IMG/VR virus record: IMGVR_UViG_3300030207_002883
Span: 1 to 45,300 of that record
Direction: 5' to 3' (one strand)
Length of the DNA stretch: 45,300 nt
Source: a virus
Lineage: Duplodnaviria; Caudoviricetes
Positions 17,223 to 26,539 of the stretch are shown piece after piece. A program made the translations under genes and the position numbers. Within the stretch, counting starts at the first letter, position 1. The number at the start of each line of letters is the position of its first letter. The notes beneath the pieces are model-generated. The model worked only from the letters and a program-made list of their open reading frames with translations. It did not search any database and was not told where the DNA came from.

Positions 17223-19023
17223 CTCTAAACATGAAGTAACTATTAAAGTTCAGGGAGAATCTTCTGATAAAGTTCAACCATCTCAAGCCCAAGCTCCTAA
17301 ACCAACTAACACTCAATCTGAGTTGGCTAAGGAGATGCATTCTCGTGCAAGAGAGTTAGTAGAACAAAGTAAAGATGAGTCAGGCAACCCGTCCATGACT
17401 TATCATCAAGCCCTTAGCCAAAGTGGTAAAAGTCTTCATCAAGAATACATGGAGGCTCGCCAAGCCCCTGAGCCAGAGCAGGTAGAATCCGCACTCTCTG
17501 TCCCACCCACCCCAGAAGAAGTTGAAGTAGAGCCTTTAGAGATTGAACCAGAACAGCTAATACCTTCTTTAGCTGAAATGGGAAAAATATGGGCAACAGT
17601 ATTCGATGTAGTTGCTGACTACGGAGGAAAGATAAAAGAAGAACATCTTTCCCGAGCAATAGAAATAACTAAAGATTTCTACGCTAGTATGCCTGAAGGA
17701 ACTAAAACAGGCTTTGCAGAAGATGTTAAACAAAAAGATGATGATAGTGACATCGTAGAGGGAGAGATTGTAGAGGAAGATGAAGTTGTTCCAGCAATGT
17801 CACCAAGCCCTACAAGTAAATCTGATGATGATGACGTTTTAGACGTTGAAGTCGTAGAAGATGATGACAATGTTATTAGCTCAGGAATTGTCAATGCTGA
17901 TGAAGCAAAAGAGCAAAAAGCTCTTACTACAGGGGGAGAAGTAGAAGAAGAAGACGGTCTCCTTGATGGTGATTTGATAAAACACGAAGGCGCTTTAGGG
18001 GATGCACAAGACGCAGCTCTTGGATTAGTAGGTGCGCATCTTCCTGACATAAGTTCAAAATTCGATACAGACACTGCTGGTCATTTTAAAGCCATGGGGC
18101 AAGCTGGTATAGCTGCTGCGGGAAGTACTTCTGGGGCAAGTAGTGCTGGAGATGCTTTAAGTTTCTTTGGAGGAATGGCCCGAGCTGGTGCTGGGATCGC
18201 TAGAGATATGCCAGCTAGAGGTCTTGGTCAGATGTCTCGCCAAGCAAAGATGGGCATTGGAATACTTACGGGAGGCACAATACAACCTACCTCTTCTGAA
18301 GAAGAGTTTGGAGGAGAGGGAGGCGGTGGTGGCGGTGGCGGTGGCGGTGGGGGTAGTTCCGCTGAAGGTGGTGACGGTGATCCTATGCAGATGATCAACG
18401 CTAAGATGGGTGACCTTATCGATGATATTTTTTCTGCGCCTTTAAAACCTATAGACATGTTTATCGAGGTCATGGAAAAAGGCTTCGAAATATTCATGCA
18501 ATTAAATGCTGCGGTTGAAAAAGCCTACGAAGAAATTATGGGCTTTAGCGGTGCAATGATTGAAGCACGAGTTTCTACCGAACTTGAGCTTATGAGCAAA
18601 CGAATGGGTCGTGCAGATAGAATGGGAGAACAATTTGCTGACTTTGAAGATAGCAGACGAGACTTGTTATCTGCTTTTGAAGATACAAAAGAAATTCTTC
18701 TTAGAGTGATCGTTCCTCTTGTTACTTTCATAATGAACATTGTTGCTGTTGTTGCAAAATTAATAAATATGCTTTTAGCTATCGTAATGGTGATAGTCGA
18801 GTTCTTTTACAAGATCATAGAACTAATCGGTTACATCATTCCGGTAACATCTATACTTGAAGGAATAGGTAATGCATTCGATTGGGTAACTGGTTGGTTA
18901 TTAGGTCAGGACGAAGGCGATGCTGCGACTTGGAAAGATGATTTGCGACAATGGTTAGGCCACCCACAAGGGGCTATGGCACCAAGACCTGCTGGAGCAA
19001 ACATATGGGCATTGGACGCTTAA
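17215..19023 (+). CDS. putative tape measure protein
   Basis: A/G-rich helical middle and amphipathic/hydrophobic C-terminal run; follows the tail tube gene; unusual acidic N-terminus and poly-Gly. Confidence 0.6.
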   Translation: MANSKHEVTIKVQGESSDKVQPSQAQAPKPTNTQSELAKEMHSRARELVEQSKDESGNPSMTYHQALSQSGKSLHQEYMEARQAPEPEQVESALSVPPTPEEVEVEPLEIEPEQLIPSLAEMGKIWATVFDVVADYGGKIKEEHLSRAIEITKDFYASMPEGTKTGFAEDVKQKDDDSDIVEGEIVEEDEVVPAMSPSPTSKSDDDDVLDVEVVEDDDNVISSGIVNADEAKEQKALTTGGEVEEEDGLLDGDLIKHEGALGDAQDAALGLVGAHLPDISSKFDTDTAGHFKAMGQAGIAAAGSTSGASSAGDALSFFGGMARAGAGIARDMPARGLGQMSRQAKMGIGILTGGTIQPTSSEEEFGGEGGGGGGGGGGGGSSAEGGDGDPMQMINAKMGDLIDDIFSAPLKPIDMFIEVMEKGFEIFMQLNAAVEKAYEEIMGFSGAMIEARVSTELELMSKRMGRADRMGEQFADFEDSRRDLLSAFEDTKEILLRVIVPLVTFIMNIVAVVAKLINMLLAIVMVIVEFFYKIIELIGYIIPVTSILEGIGNAFDWVTGWLLGQDEGDAATWKDDLRQWLGHPQGAMAPRPAGANIWALDA

Positions 19024-19036
19024 TAGGAGACAAAGA

Positions 19037-21373
19037 ATGACTGGCAGAAATATCCCGTTTACAACTACTTTTGGACGGATGTTATACAACGGTTTTAAGT
19101 TTCCTCCTGCGCTTCGATCTACAATAGATGCAGAACCAGTCTATGACAGATCAAAACGAAGTCTTATGTATGTTCGTTATTCTCTTAAAGTAGAATTCAT
19201 TATATGTTTACAGGACGTAACTTACTTGGGAGAGACAACTCCTGAAAATAGTAGCTACTATCCAAACATAGATTCAAATGGTAAAGGTTCTAGTACAAAT
19301 ACGAGCCTTGTTAGTACTGGTGTAACTAATGATAAAAACTCTATTGACCCTGCACTTGCTTATTTACGACGAAGATTAATGCAACCTGCTAGACATCTTA
19401 GAGTTTCTGATATGGGTTTTGGGTATGAGCTAAATATCAATGATCCTTTAGATGAGACGGGACTACATGACGTTGATTATGGCCCAAAACCAAGAAGTCT
19501 TACTTGGAAACCTATTGCAGCAAACAAAGCAGCGACAATTCAATATGAGATTGACTTTTGTATTCCTGAATGTGAGAGTTGGGAAAAGGGAGTGAAAGAA
19601 CAAAAGCCTAGTGTTTTTAATTTACCGGAAACAGGTGGCGCACTTCCAGTAGAGGTTATGGGCGCAACTTACAATCAATCTTGGGCGATTGATGAAGCAG
19701 GACAAACAATAAAATCATATCAATGTATACTTAAAATACGAGGGTATGTAGACCCTAATGATTTGACTTCGATACTTAGAAGTGCAGATGAGTACAGACA
19801 ATATTTTGAGCCAAATTTAGTAGAAGGATTTATCCGCACCAGAAAGTATTCATTAAATGAAGACAAGTCTCAACTAACTATTGATATTGAAGACAAAGAA
19901 CATGAAACTAGCTGGCCTTTGCCCCCGGGTGTACCTGACATCTCTGTAGACTATACAATTCAATCCGGTATTTCTATAAACTCTGCTTTTAACGATCATA
20001 CATTCACTGGGTGGCAAATATGGAAAGCAAATCTTTCTGGAAGAATGCGGTTAGCAAAAGGGTTCGATCCTTACTATCGAAGAATTTATCCTTATTACGT
20101 TTTCCTTTTAATCATTCGATCTAGATTTAATTTAAAACTAGAAACTGGTGAAGGGAGTGCTTCTAGTCCAAACACCTACAGTTCTTATGCTGGAGGCGAA
20201 TCAGGTTTTGGTGCGTTTGAAAGTGGAGACAAAGTTTTATCCATGCCTGTATCTTTTACTCTAAGTGAAAGTGTTTTTGGAAGAGACTTTAGTTTTAACT
20301 TCACATGGGAACTAATAGGTTGTAGACCTCAAGAGGCTCCATTTATTCTTCGTTTTGGTGCTGACCCTACACGATACATGGAACAGCAAGCCACTGTTAT
20401 GGGTGGAAACCAACACTGGACATGGAATTTATGGAGGCAAAGTCTTTACTACGACAAAGACAACGATAACTACTATTTTCAAATTAACATTGAAGTTCCC
20501 TCAGATAACTACCCACCAGCAAGAAATACTAGACCTAAATATAAAAACATAAAGATTCTAGAAAACTGGAAAGGTGTAGAACGCCCTGCATTTAATATGC
20601 GAGGAGCTAGAGGTTTATCTTTTGAAGGAGATTCAAGACAAGAACCTTGTCAACCAAGCCCTGATTTTTGGTACAAGGTAAACCCTAAAACTAACAAATC
20701 ATTTAAGCAGTTTGATACTCCTGATGTTATTAACAAAAACTACGATAAGAACTACACCATTCTTTCTACTGAAAGTTCTGTAGAGACTATAGAGTCACAT
20801 TCTAATGCTGTTATTTATCCTTTGAACAGTCCTAATGGAGGTGATACCCTTATTGGAGAAAGCCAAGATGGTAATACAGCTCAGGCAGCAGGAAGCTCTT
20901 ATCCCCAACAACCTCCATTAGCTACTGGAGCAGTTGCAGGGATTATACCTTTGAGTGGGTCAGAGCATATAGGGGATAGACATCAAGTAGCTGATACTAC
21001 AACTTCTGCTTACTCTGCTACTTCTAAAAAAGCTCCTGTTGCTCAAAGCTATGGCCCTACAATGTATACGATTAGAGTTACAGGACAGGCACTAAGCACT
21101 GGACTTCCCGTAACCCCTCCCAGAACAATGAGATGGGGGCAAGGCTATGCAGTATGCAAGAGTAAAAGAAATGAAGTTACAAGGAAAGGCGGGGGTGAAA
21201 TAGAAATTTGGCAATCCAAATGGCATATGGAGTATGATATTATTGGTAGCCCTAATGGTTTGTCACCAGTTGCGTTAAGTACTGGTCACGACCCACAAAT
21301 GAACCAACGATTGGTTAAGTCGCCAATCTTTACAAAGAGTCAAACTAACTTTATGAGAACTCATTACACTTAG
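19037..21373 (+). CDS. large putative tail/virion protein
   Basis: 778 aa directly after the tape measure gene; no family recognised. Confidence 0.55.
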   Translation: MTGRNIPFTTTFGRMLYNGFKFPPALRSTIDAEPVYDRSKRSLMYVRYSLKVEFIICLQDVTYLGETTPENSSYYPNIDSNGKGSSTNTSLVSTGVTNDKNSIDPALAYLRRRLMQPARHLRVSDMGFGYELNINDPLDETGLHDVDYGPKPRSLTWKPIAANKAATIQYEIDFCIPECESWEKGVKEQKPSVFNLPETGGALPVEVMGATYNQSWAIDEAGQTIKSYQCILKIRGYVDPNDLTSILRSADEYRQYFEPNLVEGFIRTRKYSLNEDKSQLTIDIEDKEHETSWPLPPGVPDISVDYTIQSGISINSAFNDHTFTGWQIWKANLSGRMRLAKGFDPYYRRIYPYYVFLLIIRSRFNLKLETGEGSASSPNTYSSYAGGESGFGAFESGDKVLSMPVSFTLSESVFGRDFSFNFTWELIGCRPQEAPFILRFGADPTRYMEQQATVMGGNQHWTWNLWRQSLYYDKDNDNYYFQINIEVPSDNYPPARNTRPKYKNIKILENWKGVERPAFNMRGARGLSFEGDSRQEPCQPSPDFWYKVNPKTNKSFKQFDTPDVINKNYDKNYTILSTESSVETIESHSNAVIYPLNSPNGGDTLIGESQDGNTAQAAGSSYPQQPPLATGAVAGIIPLSGSEHIGDRHQVADTTTSAYSATSKKAPVAQSYGPTMYTIRVTGQALSTGLPVTPPRTMRWGQGYAVCKSKRNEVTRKGGGEIEIWQSKWHMEYDIIGSPNGLSPVALSTGHDPQMNQRLVKSPIFTKSQTNFMRTHYT

Positions 21374-21383
21374 GAGAGTAGTT

Positions 21384-21713
21384 ATGCGTAAAGAACTTGT
21401 AATACCAAATCTTGATTGCATTTTGTCAGTCAAAGACGAAGAAGGAAATGTACTTCTGGAGGAAGAAGTGATTTACATTGACCACTTAGTTTCTAGAGCG
21501 CAGGATGGGGTTGATATTGAAGATGAAAATTCAGTTCTTCAATGGCTTCCAAAATTTACTGCGTTAATTCATGAGCATTACGATTGTGAATTATCTAGCA
21601 CAGACGCATTCTTTGTAGCCCGAGAAGCTACTAGATTGATGTGGGATATTAAAAAAAAATACGTCACCATGCTAATGTCGCAGCAACCTATGGAATCAAC
21701 CCCTTCGAGTTAA
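21384..21713 (+). CDS. tail assembly chaperone (gpG-like)
   Basis: Acidic ~109-aa ORF with a KKK-encoding A9 slippery site near its end. Confidence 0.65.
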   Translation: MRKELVIPNLDCILSVKDEEGNVLLEEEVIYIDHLVSRAQDGVDIEDENSVLQWLPKFTALIHEHYDCELSSTDAFFVAREATRLMWDIKKKYVTMLMSQQPMESTPSS

Positions 21714-21901
21714 GTGATCCTCAACTTCATTATCTTTATTTGTGGATACCTTACATAGAGGCTAAAAGAGAAGTTCAGCATCGAAATAGTGATGGAGTGT
21801 TAACCGCTGAGAGAGTCTATAATGTTATGTATGCAATACATGAAGACTCAGATAAGGCTGATAAACTTAGAGCTGATTTTATACGCAAAACGAGTAAATA
21901 A
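21659..21901 (+). CDS. -1 frameshift extension of tail assembly chaperone (gpGT-like)
   Basis: The -1 frame after A9 (21651-21659) is open for 80 codons (IRHHANVAATYGINPFELSDPQLHYL...RKTSK) and stops at 21901, adjacent to the portal ATG. Confidence 0.7.
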   Translation: MRHHANVAATYGINPFELSDPQLHYLYLWIPYIEAKREVQHRNSDGVLTAERVYNVMYAIHEDSDKADKLRADFIRKTSK

Positions 21902-23101
21902 ATGGTTAAAGCATCAGAACTATTAGGAAGCCCCATGACAGGGGATTACATGCCAAGTGGGTACCAAGGTATCTTCTTATTTGCTCGTAATCGCCCTCCT
22001 TTTGGTCTTACAGTCATCTCTGAGATGATGGCTGATCCTCGGGTCATATTTGGTCTTTGGCTGGTCAAAGGGCCAATCTTAGCGAACTCAAGGTTTAAGA
22101 TTGAATGTGAAGATGAGAATGTAAAGAAGTTTCTTATTAAGAATGTAACTCGTTTCTGGAGAAACTCAGCTGCTAGAGCATTAAAGGCTGTAGAGTGGGG
22201 TTACTCTGCTAGTGAAGTTATGTATCGTGTCGTAGATGGTAGCATTCATTTTGATACACTTAAAGACCTTCACTCACAGGATTGTGCCTGCGTAACTCAT
22301 CAGGGTAGACTCGTAGGGTTTACTGTAAGAAATGTGCCAGACCCAATTACTCAACAGGGTCGGAACAAAATCTTTCTAGGTACTCCAAAAGGATTCTGGC
22401 ACGTTCACTGGAGAACTCATCACCCATGGTATGGTTTGTCTCGTTTGTACGGTGCGCACATACCTTGGTGGGAGATGTGGTCTGACGGAGGCTATCGAGA
22501 CATTCGTCGTTTGTGGTTCCACAAGAATGCATTTGAAGGTGGTATTATGTATCACCCACCGGGAATTACACGAACAAAAGATGGTCTTCAAATCTCTAAC
22601 AAAGACCTAGCTAGAGAGATGATTGAGAAGAAGCGTACTGGTGGTACGTTGACTCTACCTAATACTCAAGGTGGTGAAGGGATTAGAAGTTGGGAATACC
22701 AAGCTCCTATGTCTAACCCTGTTCCAGCAGGATTGAGTGAGTACGGTCAAAGTCTGAAGGAAGAACTGTTTGAGGGAATGGGGATTCCCCCAGAAGTCTT
22801 CCAGAACGCAACAAGTGGCTTTGGTGGTATGTCAGGTAGACAAATTCCTGAAGAGGCATTTTATGCTGTTCTGCAAGAAATGGTTGGTTGGTTAATTTCT
22901 GATGCTGACCAGCAAATCTTTAGGCACTTAGTTCGTCTTAACTTTGGTGATATTGATTATGAGATCGTACCTTTTGGTCTGACTTACAAGGCAGAAGAAC
23001 GTGAAAATCAGATTAGAGAGGATGCTCGAAATGCTGAATCTGCTCAGGCTGGGATTATGGCAGGGACTGGTGGGCCACCAGAACCAGCTCCTGAAGAGTA
23101 A
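21902..23101 (+). CDS. portal protein, Mu gp29 (DUF935)-like
   Basis: EMMADPRV, AVEWGYSASEVMY, HPWYGLSRLYGAHIPW and QIFRHLVRLNFG motifs. Confidence 0.8.
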   Translation: MVKASELLGSPMTGDYMPSGYQGIFLFARNRPPFGLTVISEMMADPRVIFGLWLVKGPILANSRFKIECEDENVKKFLIKNVTRFWRNSAARALKAVEWGYSASEVMYRVVDGSIHFDTLKDLHSQDCACVTHQGRLVGFTVRNVPDPITQQGRNKIFLGTPKGFWHVHWRTHHPWYGLSRLYGAHIPWWEMWSDGGYRDIRRLWFHKNAFEGGIMYHPPGITRTKDGLQISNKDLAREMIEKKRTGGTLTLPNTQGGEGIRSWEYQAPMSNPVPAGLSEYGQSLKEELFEGMGIPPEVFQNATSGFGGMSGRQIPEEAFYAVLQEMVGWLISDADQQIFRHLVRLNFGDIDYEIVPFGLTYKAEERENQIREDARNAESAQAGIMAGTGGPPEPAPEE

Positions 23102-23113
23102 TGCTTGAGCGAA
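23101..23113 (+). repeat. ATGCTTGAGCGAA motif, copy 1 of 5
   Basis: Identical 13-mer also at 25898, 45115, 45160 and 45183. Confidence 0.85.
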
Positions 23114-23139
23114 TTAAAATCTGAAATTTGAAAGAAGTA
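23112..23139 (-). promoter_or_regulatory. partial copy of dispersed 28-bp motif
   Basis: Reverse complement TACTTCTTTCAAATTTCAGATTTTAATT. Confidence 0.45.
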
Positions 23140-23143
23140 GTTT

Positions 23144-25894
23144 ATGACTTATGCAGGCGCTAGAAACACAAGAATGGAACTTGTGGCTTACGGTGGTTCC
23201 ATTACGTTATATAACCCTTCTGATTTAATTTTGTCACACAAACAAAATAATAGAAGTGTAGAGACGTTAATAAATAAAGCTAATGAAGTACATTACACTT
23301 GTCGTGGAAGAACTGAATTAGAGGGTTGGTTTTTAGTAAAAGCAAATGACGTAAGAAACTACTTACCTAAGATATGGGAAGGTACTGGTTTTGACGAGTG
23401 TTCTATAAAGCTAACAGATGAAGCAGGAGTTTTACAAGCAGGGTACGACCCTGCGTTTGGTGGAGCAACTACAGGTAATCACAAGGTTACCGAAATAAAA
23501 AAGTTGTACGCTGTAGAATCTTATGCTGTTTCTGGTGTAGTTCGAGCAGATATTACAGAACATGATGCAGAGTATTCTAGACCTTCTTATCTACAAGCAG
23601 GCAATGACTTTGGTAGAAATGTTCTAACTGATACTTACGAAAATCAATTTTACCTAGTTAAGGTTGTTGATTATAGATACTGGCACAAACTATCACGTTA
23701 TCTAGGATCGTTTAACATAAAGACTCGGTTGTGGGAGGATGACTCGCATAACGTAAGATACCAAAAGAATAGTGGATACTCATGGCAAACTATGTTAGAC
23801 GAGCTATGGGGCAGTGGTGGAGTCTCTGCTTTAGATCATTCATCTGCTAACTATAGCCTTGAAGGCCCAATAAACTATTACTTTTGGGGAGTAAATAGTT
23901 TAGATGCATTCCATAAGGTACTTAACGATTTAGACCACACTATAGTAAGAAATCTCGATGGTACTACTACTGTTTGGGACATGGGAACAGACCCCCCATC
24001 TATCTCAGACCAAGAAAGAGAACTTTATAAAACTGAGCTAGTAGAGGTCAGCAATGACAGCAACGGGCTAATTCTCCCAGAAAAGATATGGGTACTCTTT
24101 CCTAAACTAGATTATCAATGGCAGACATCTTCTGACACAGAGGAAGTGACTGCCAATGATTACTGGCATAACAGACCTGTTTGGGGAATACAAAAAGATA
24201 CTGCTACTTTGTTGGCTGGAATGTCAGGTGCGCCTAGTGACCCCACTCTTCAAAGTGGAACCAATCAAATTTTGCATGACACTCTTCCTGCTCAGTTTGC
24301 AGCTAGATTACATGGGGCAGGTGAGCCTAATGAAGACCCAGCTGGTACAGGCTCAATTCTTCCTATCAATGATACAGAGATTCAAAACCAAGCTACACAA
24401 AGAGCTACTCGTTGGATTAAAGCTAGGCTGAATGGCGACAAGAAGATAGTAAGAGAAGTTTATAGAGGTTATATCCCTTTTACCCCTGCTCACGATATCT
24501 CTAAGATAATCTGGAAGAACAAAGGGCTAGGGGCTGTAACTATCATTGAAAGCTGTTCTATAGCCTCTGAAGAGGATTTCCTGCCCTCTGAAGGATATGG
24601 TGGCAAAGGTTCTGGAGGTGAATACAGTAATGCCTACGACTATCACGAAGCTCTTAGCAGACGGGTAGTAAACGAAAACCCAAGTCCTCCTGACCATGCT
24701 CGTTGGATGGAGCCTGCTTTCCGTTGGGCAATGATAGAACCTGATGCTGATATTCTTCCTGATAATGGGTCGAGTCCTCATGGTATCGGAACTTGTTCAG
24801 TTAAGTATGGAATCTCTTCTGGAGGGGATGCTGATCTTACGTTTTACACTTCGACAAAAAACATTGAAGTTAAAAACATTGATACAACAGCTAAACTAGA
24901 ACAGGGCAAGTACTACTTTGCTTGGTGGAACGAGCAGATGAGATTCTGGTTAGCTGTTCCCAGAAGTGCTTACAATCTTAGAGGCGGGGAGATATGTTCT
25001 ACAGTTAGCAGAGGTAGTAACTTAAGTCAGACTTCCGGTAAAAACACAGCTACTTTAGCGGACTATGGTCATGACGACTGTATAGAGACTGTAAAGTTCT
25101 TACGAGTAAACAAGCAGACTATGCTTAGAAGCTATGTAAGAACTGCTGATTACGTTGGAGGGGATACTTGTGGGTATGCATATGCTGACGCAGGGGGACT
25201 TAAAGAAGAAGAGATGTTAATCTCTTTCAACCCTTCTCGAAAAATTGGAGGGGCTGTTTTATGGTCAGATGGAGATGTTATACGTTGGAGTCGCGCACCT
25301 AAGTTAGCTTCTTATTTAACAATAGGTGATAGGTTTACCTATGAACCTCCACGCATTGAGTTTTTAGTAGGAGCAGGTAGGGCAGGAAGTAATGGGTTTA
25401 CTCTTAGTTGCCAGATGCCTGAAGCTGCTGAAGGTACAGGTACGCCTACTGGAGGAAACACTTCAAACCACTGCCCTGCGGGAACTACAGGTACTAGTGC
25501 AGGTAAACTTATATTTCCAGACGATAGTGCAACTCTAAATCAAGTTGTTTCAAGTTACGGTAATGGTTCATTAGCGGGACAGCATTTAACTGTTAAAGGT
25601 TACAATACTGGTGCTGTTAAACTGAAATGGACACTTCCCGGTCTAAGTGGGTCAGTAGGCGTTTTGCATCCAAATGGTAGTGACACAATTACTTTTAATT
25701 ATGAAGATGGAATACTTGTTGGAGCAACGAAATCTGGTAACGATCCTGTTCTTTCTGGTTTAGAAGCAAGATGGAATCCTAATATTGATACCTATGTTAG
25801 TTTTGTTGAAACTTTGCAAGACCCCTGTGCAGATGCTTACGCAGGTAATGCAAGCAATGGTTCTAATAGAGATGCCAATGGTGACCCGTCATAA
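23144..25894 (+). CDS. large tail tip/host-interaction protein (putative)
   Basis: 916 aa, last gene of the late operon, G/S/T-rich beta-like C-terminus. Confidence 0.6.
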   Translation: MTYAGARNTRMELVAYGGSITLYNPSDLILSHKQNNRSVETLINKANEVHYTCRGRTELEGWFLVKANDVRNYLPKIWEGTGFDECSIKLTDEAGVLQAGYDPAFGGATTGNHKVTEIKKLYAVESYAVSGVVRADITEHDAEYSRPSYLQAGNDFGRNVLTDTYENQFYLVKVVDYRYWHKLSRYLGSFNIKTRLWEDDSHNVRYQKNSGYSWQTMLDELWGSGGVSALDHSSANYSLEGPINYYFWGVNSLDAFHKVLNDLDHTIVRNLDGTTTVWDMGTDPPSISDQERELYKTELVEVSNDSNGLILPEKIWVLFPKLDYQWQTSSDTEEVTANDYWHNRPVWGIQKDTATLLAGMSGAPSDPTLQSGTNQILHDTLPAQFAARLHGAGEPNEDPAGTGSILPINDTEIQNQATQRATRWIKARLNGDKKIVREVYRGYIPFTPAHDISKIIWKNKGLGAVTIIESCSIASEEDFLPSEGYGGKGSGGEYSNAYDYHEALSRRVVNENPSPPDHARWMEPAFRWAMIEPDADILPDNGSSPHGIGTCSVKYGISSGGDADLTFYTSTKNIEVKNIDTTAKLEQGKYYFAWWNEQMRFWLAVPRSAYNLRGGEICSTVSRGSNLSQTSGKNTATLADYGHDDCIETVKFLRVNKQTMLRSYVRTADYVGGDTCGYAYADAGGLKEEEMLISFNPSRKIGGAVLWSDGDVIRWSRAPKLASYLTIGDRFTYEPPRIEFLVGAGRAGSNGFTLSCQMPEAAEGTGTPTGGNTSNHCPAGTTGTSAGKLIFPDDSATLNQVVSSYGNGSLAGQHLTVKGYNTGAVKLKWTLPGLSGSVGVLHPNGSDTITFNYEDGILVGATKSGNDPVLSGLEARWNPNIDTYVSFVETLQDPCADAYAGNASNGSNRDANGDPS

Positions 25895-25897
25895 GGT

Positions 25898-25910
25898 ATG
25901 CTTGAGCGAA
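25898..25910 (+). repeat. ATGCTTGAGCGAA motif, copy 2 of 5
   Basis: Exact 13-mer just after the stop of 23144..25894. Confidence 0.85.
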
Positions 25911-25953
25911 TAAAAAAGCCCCCTTGGGAGGAGCCTAACAAACCCAAGGAGGC
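25911..25953 (-). terminator. intrinsic terminator (minus strand)
   Basis: GCCTCCTTGGG-14 nt loop-CCCAAGGGGGC-TTTTTT; one G-U pair forms only on the minus strand. Confidence 0.8.
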
Positions 25954-25973
25954 ATGAACCGAACCGTTTCAAT
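25911..25973 (-). ncRNA. candidate ~60-nt small regulatory RNA
   Basis: Bracketed by a TTGACA-17-CAGAAT promoter and an intrinsic terminator; no ORF; complementary to the polA leader and to RBSs. Confidence 0.5.
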
Positions 25974-25977
25974 AACA

Positions 25978-26006
25978 ATTCTGATTTATAGACTGTGTTC
26001 TGTCAA
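25978..26006 (-). promoter_or_regulatory. candidate sigma70-type promoter (leftward)
   Basis: Minus strand TTGACA(26006-26001)-17 nt-CAGAAT(25983-25978). Confidence 0.55.
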
Positions 26007-26030
26007 CAGCTCCATACAGTCTTATTTATT

Positions 26031-26101
26031 AAAAAGCTGACAGGGCGTGACTACACCCCATATGTAGCCTAGCCCCGAGAGTTTAGCTAGACCCTGTCAG
26101 C
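26031..26101 (-). terminator. three-way-junction RNA structure with U tract, ending the leftward operon
   Basis: 10-bp outer stem GCTGACAGGG/CCCTGTCAGC, two inner hairpins and T5 on the minus strand. Confidence 0.6.
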
Positions 26102-26111
26102 CTATCCCAGT

Positions 26112-26528
26112 TTAGTTTACAGAAACGTCTACCCAACCTTCACAATTCTCTTGAATTGCCATGCCATAGGCACGTTTGATATGGTCGACTCTTTCTATCT
26201 CTTTACTCGGACAATCAACCCACACTTCATCACCTATATCTCCAACTAAGAAAACATTTCCGTGAATACCTGTTGGGGTAATTGAACCAAGGTGATGAAG
26301 TACCGTTCCATGTAAGTAGCTGGTTGCTACTTTGTTTATTGGGTCACCATCCATAATGCCATTGTCATTAACAATCATAGTAACTCCATCTAAAAACACA
26401 GGCTGACCAACATCATACCCTGCAATAGCTTTCATCTCTTCCAGAGCTGTATTTTGCTTTACAGTAGTCTGTATTGTTTCTCCAGACCACTGAATGCCTA
26501 GAACCTTAATCATCTTATCACTACTCAT
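26112..26528 (-). CDS. DUF3846-like protein
   Basis: LEEMKAIAGY...MIVNDNG...PINKVAT...IHGNVFLVG; start at ATG 26528 after AGGAG. Confidence 0.7.
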   Translation of the reverse strand: MSSDKMIKVLGIQWSGETIQTTVKQNTALEEMKAIAGYDVGQPVFLDGVTMIVNDNGIMDGDPINKVATSYLHGTVLHHLGSITPTGIHGNVFLVGDIGDEVWVDCPSKEIERVDHIKRAYGMAIQENCEGWVDVSVN

Positions 26529-26539
26529 TTTATCTCTCC

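Noticed and set aside
25954-26040. Plus-strand 28-codon ORF (MNRTVSITILIYRL...) after AAGGAGG
   Set aside because: The SD is only 1 nt from the ATG and is part of a terminator stem. The region is better explained by minus-strand signals.
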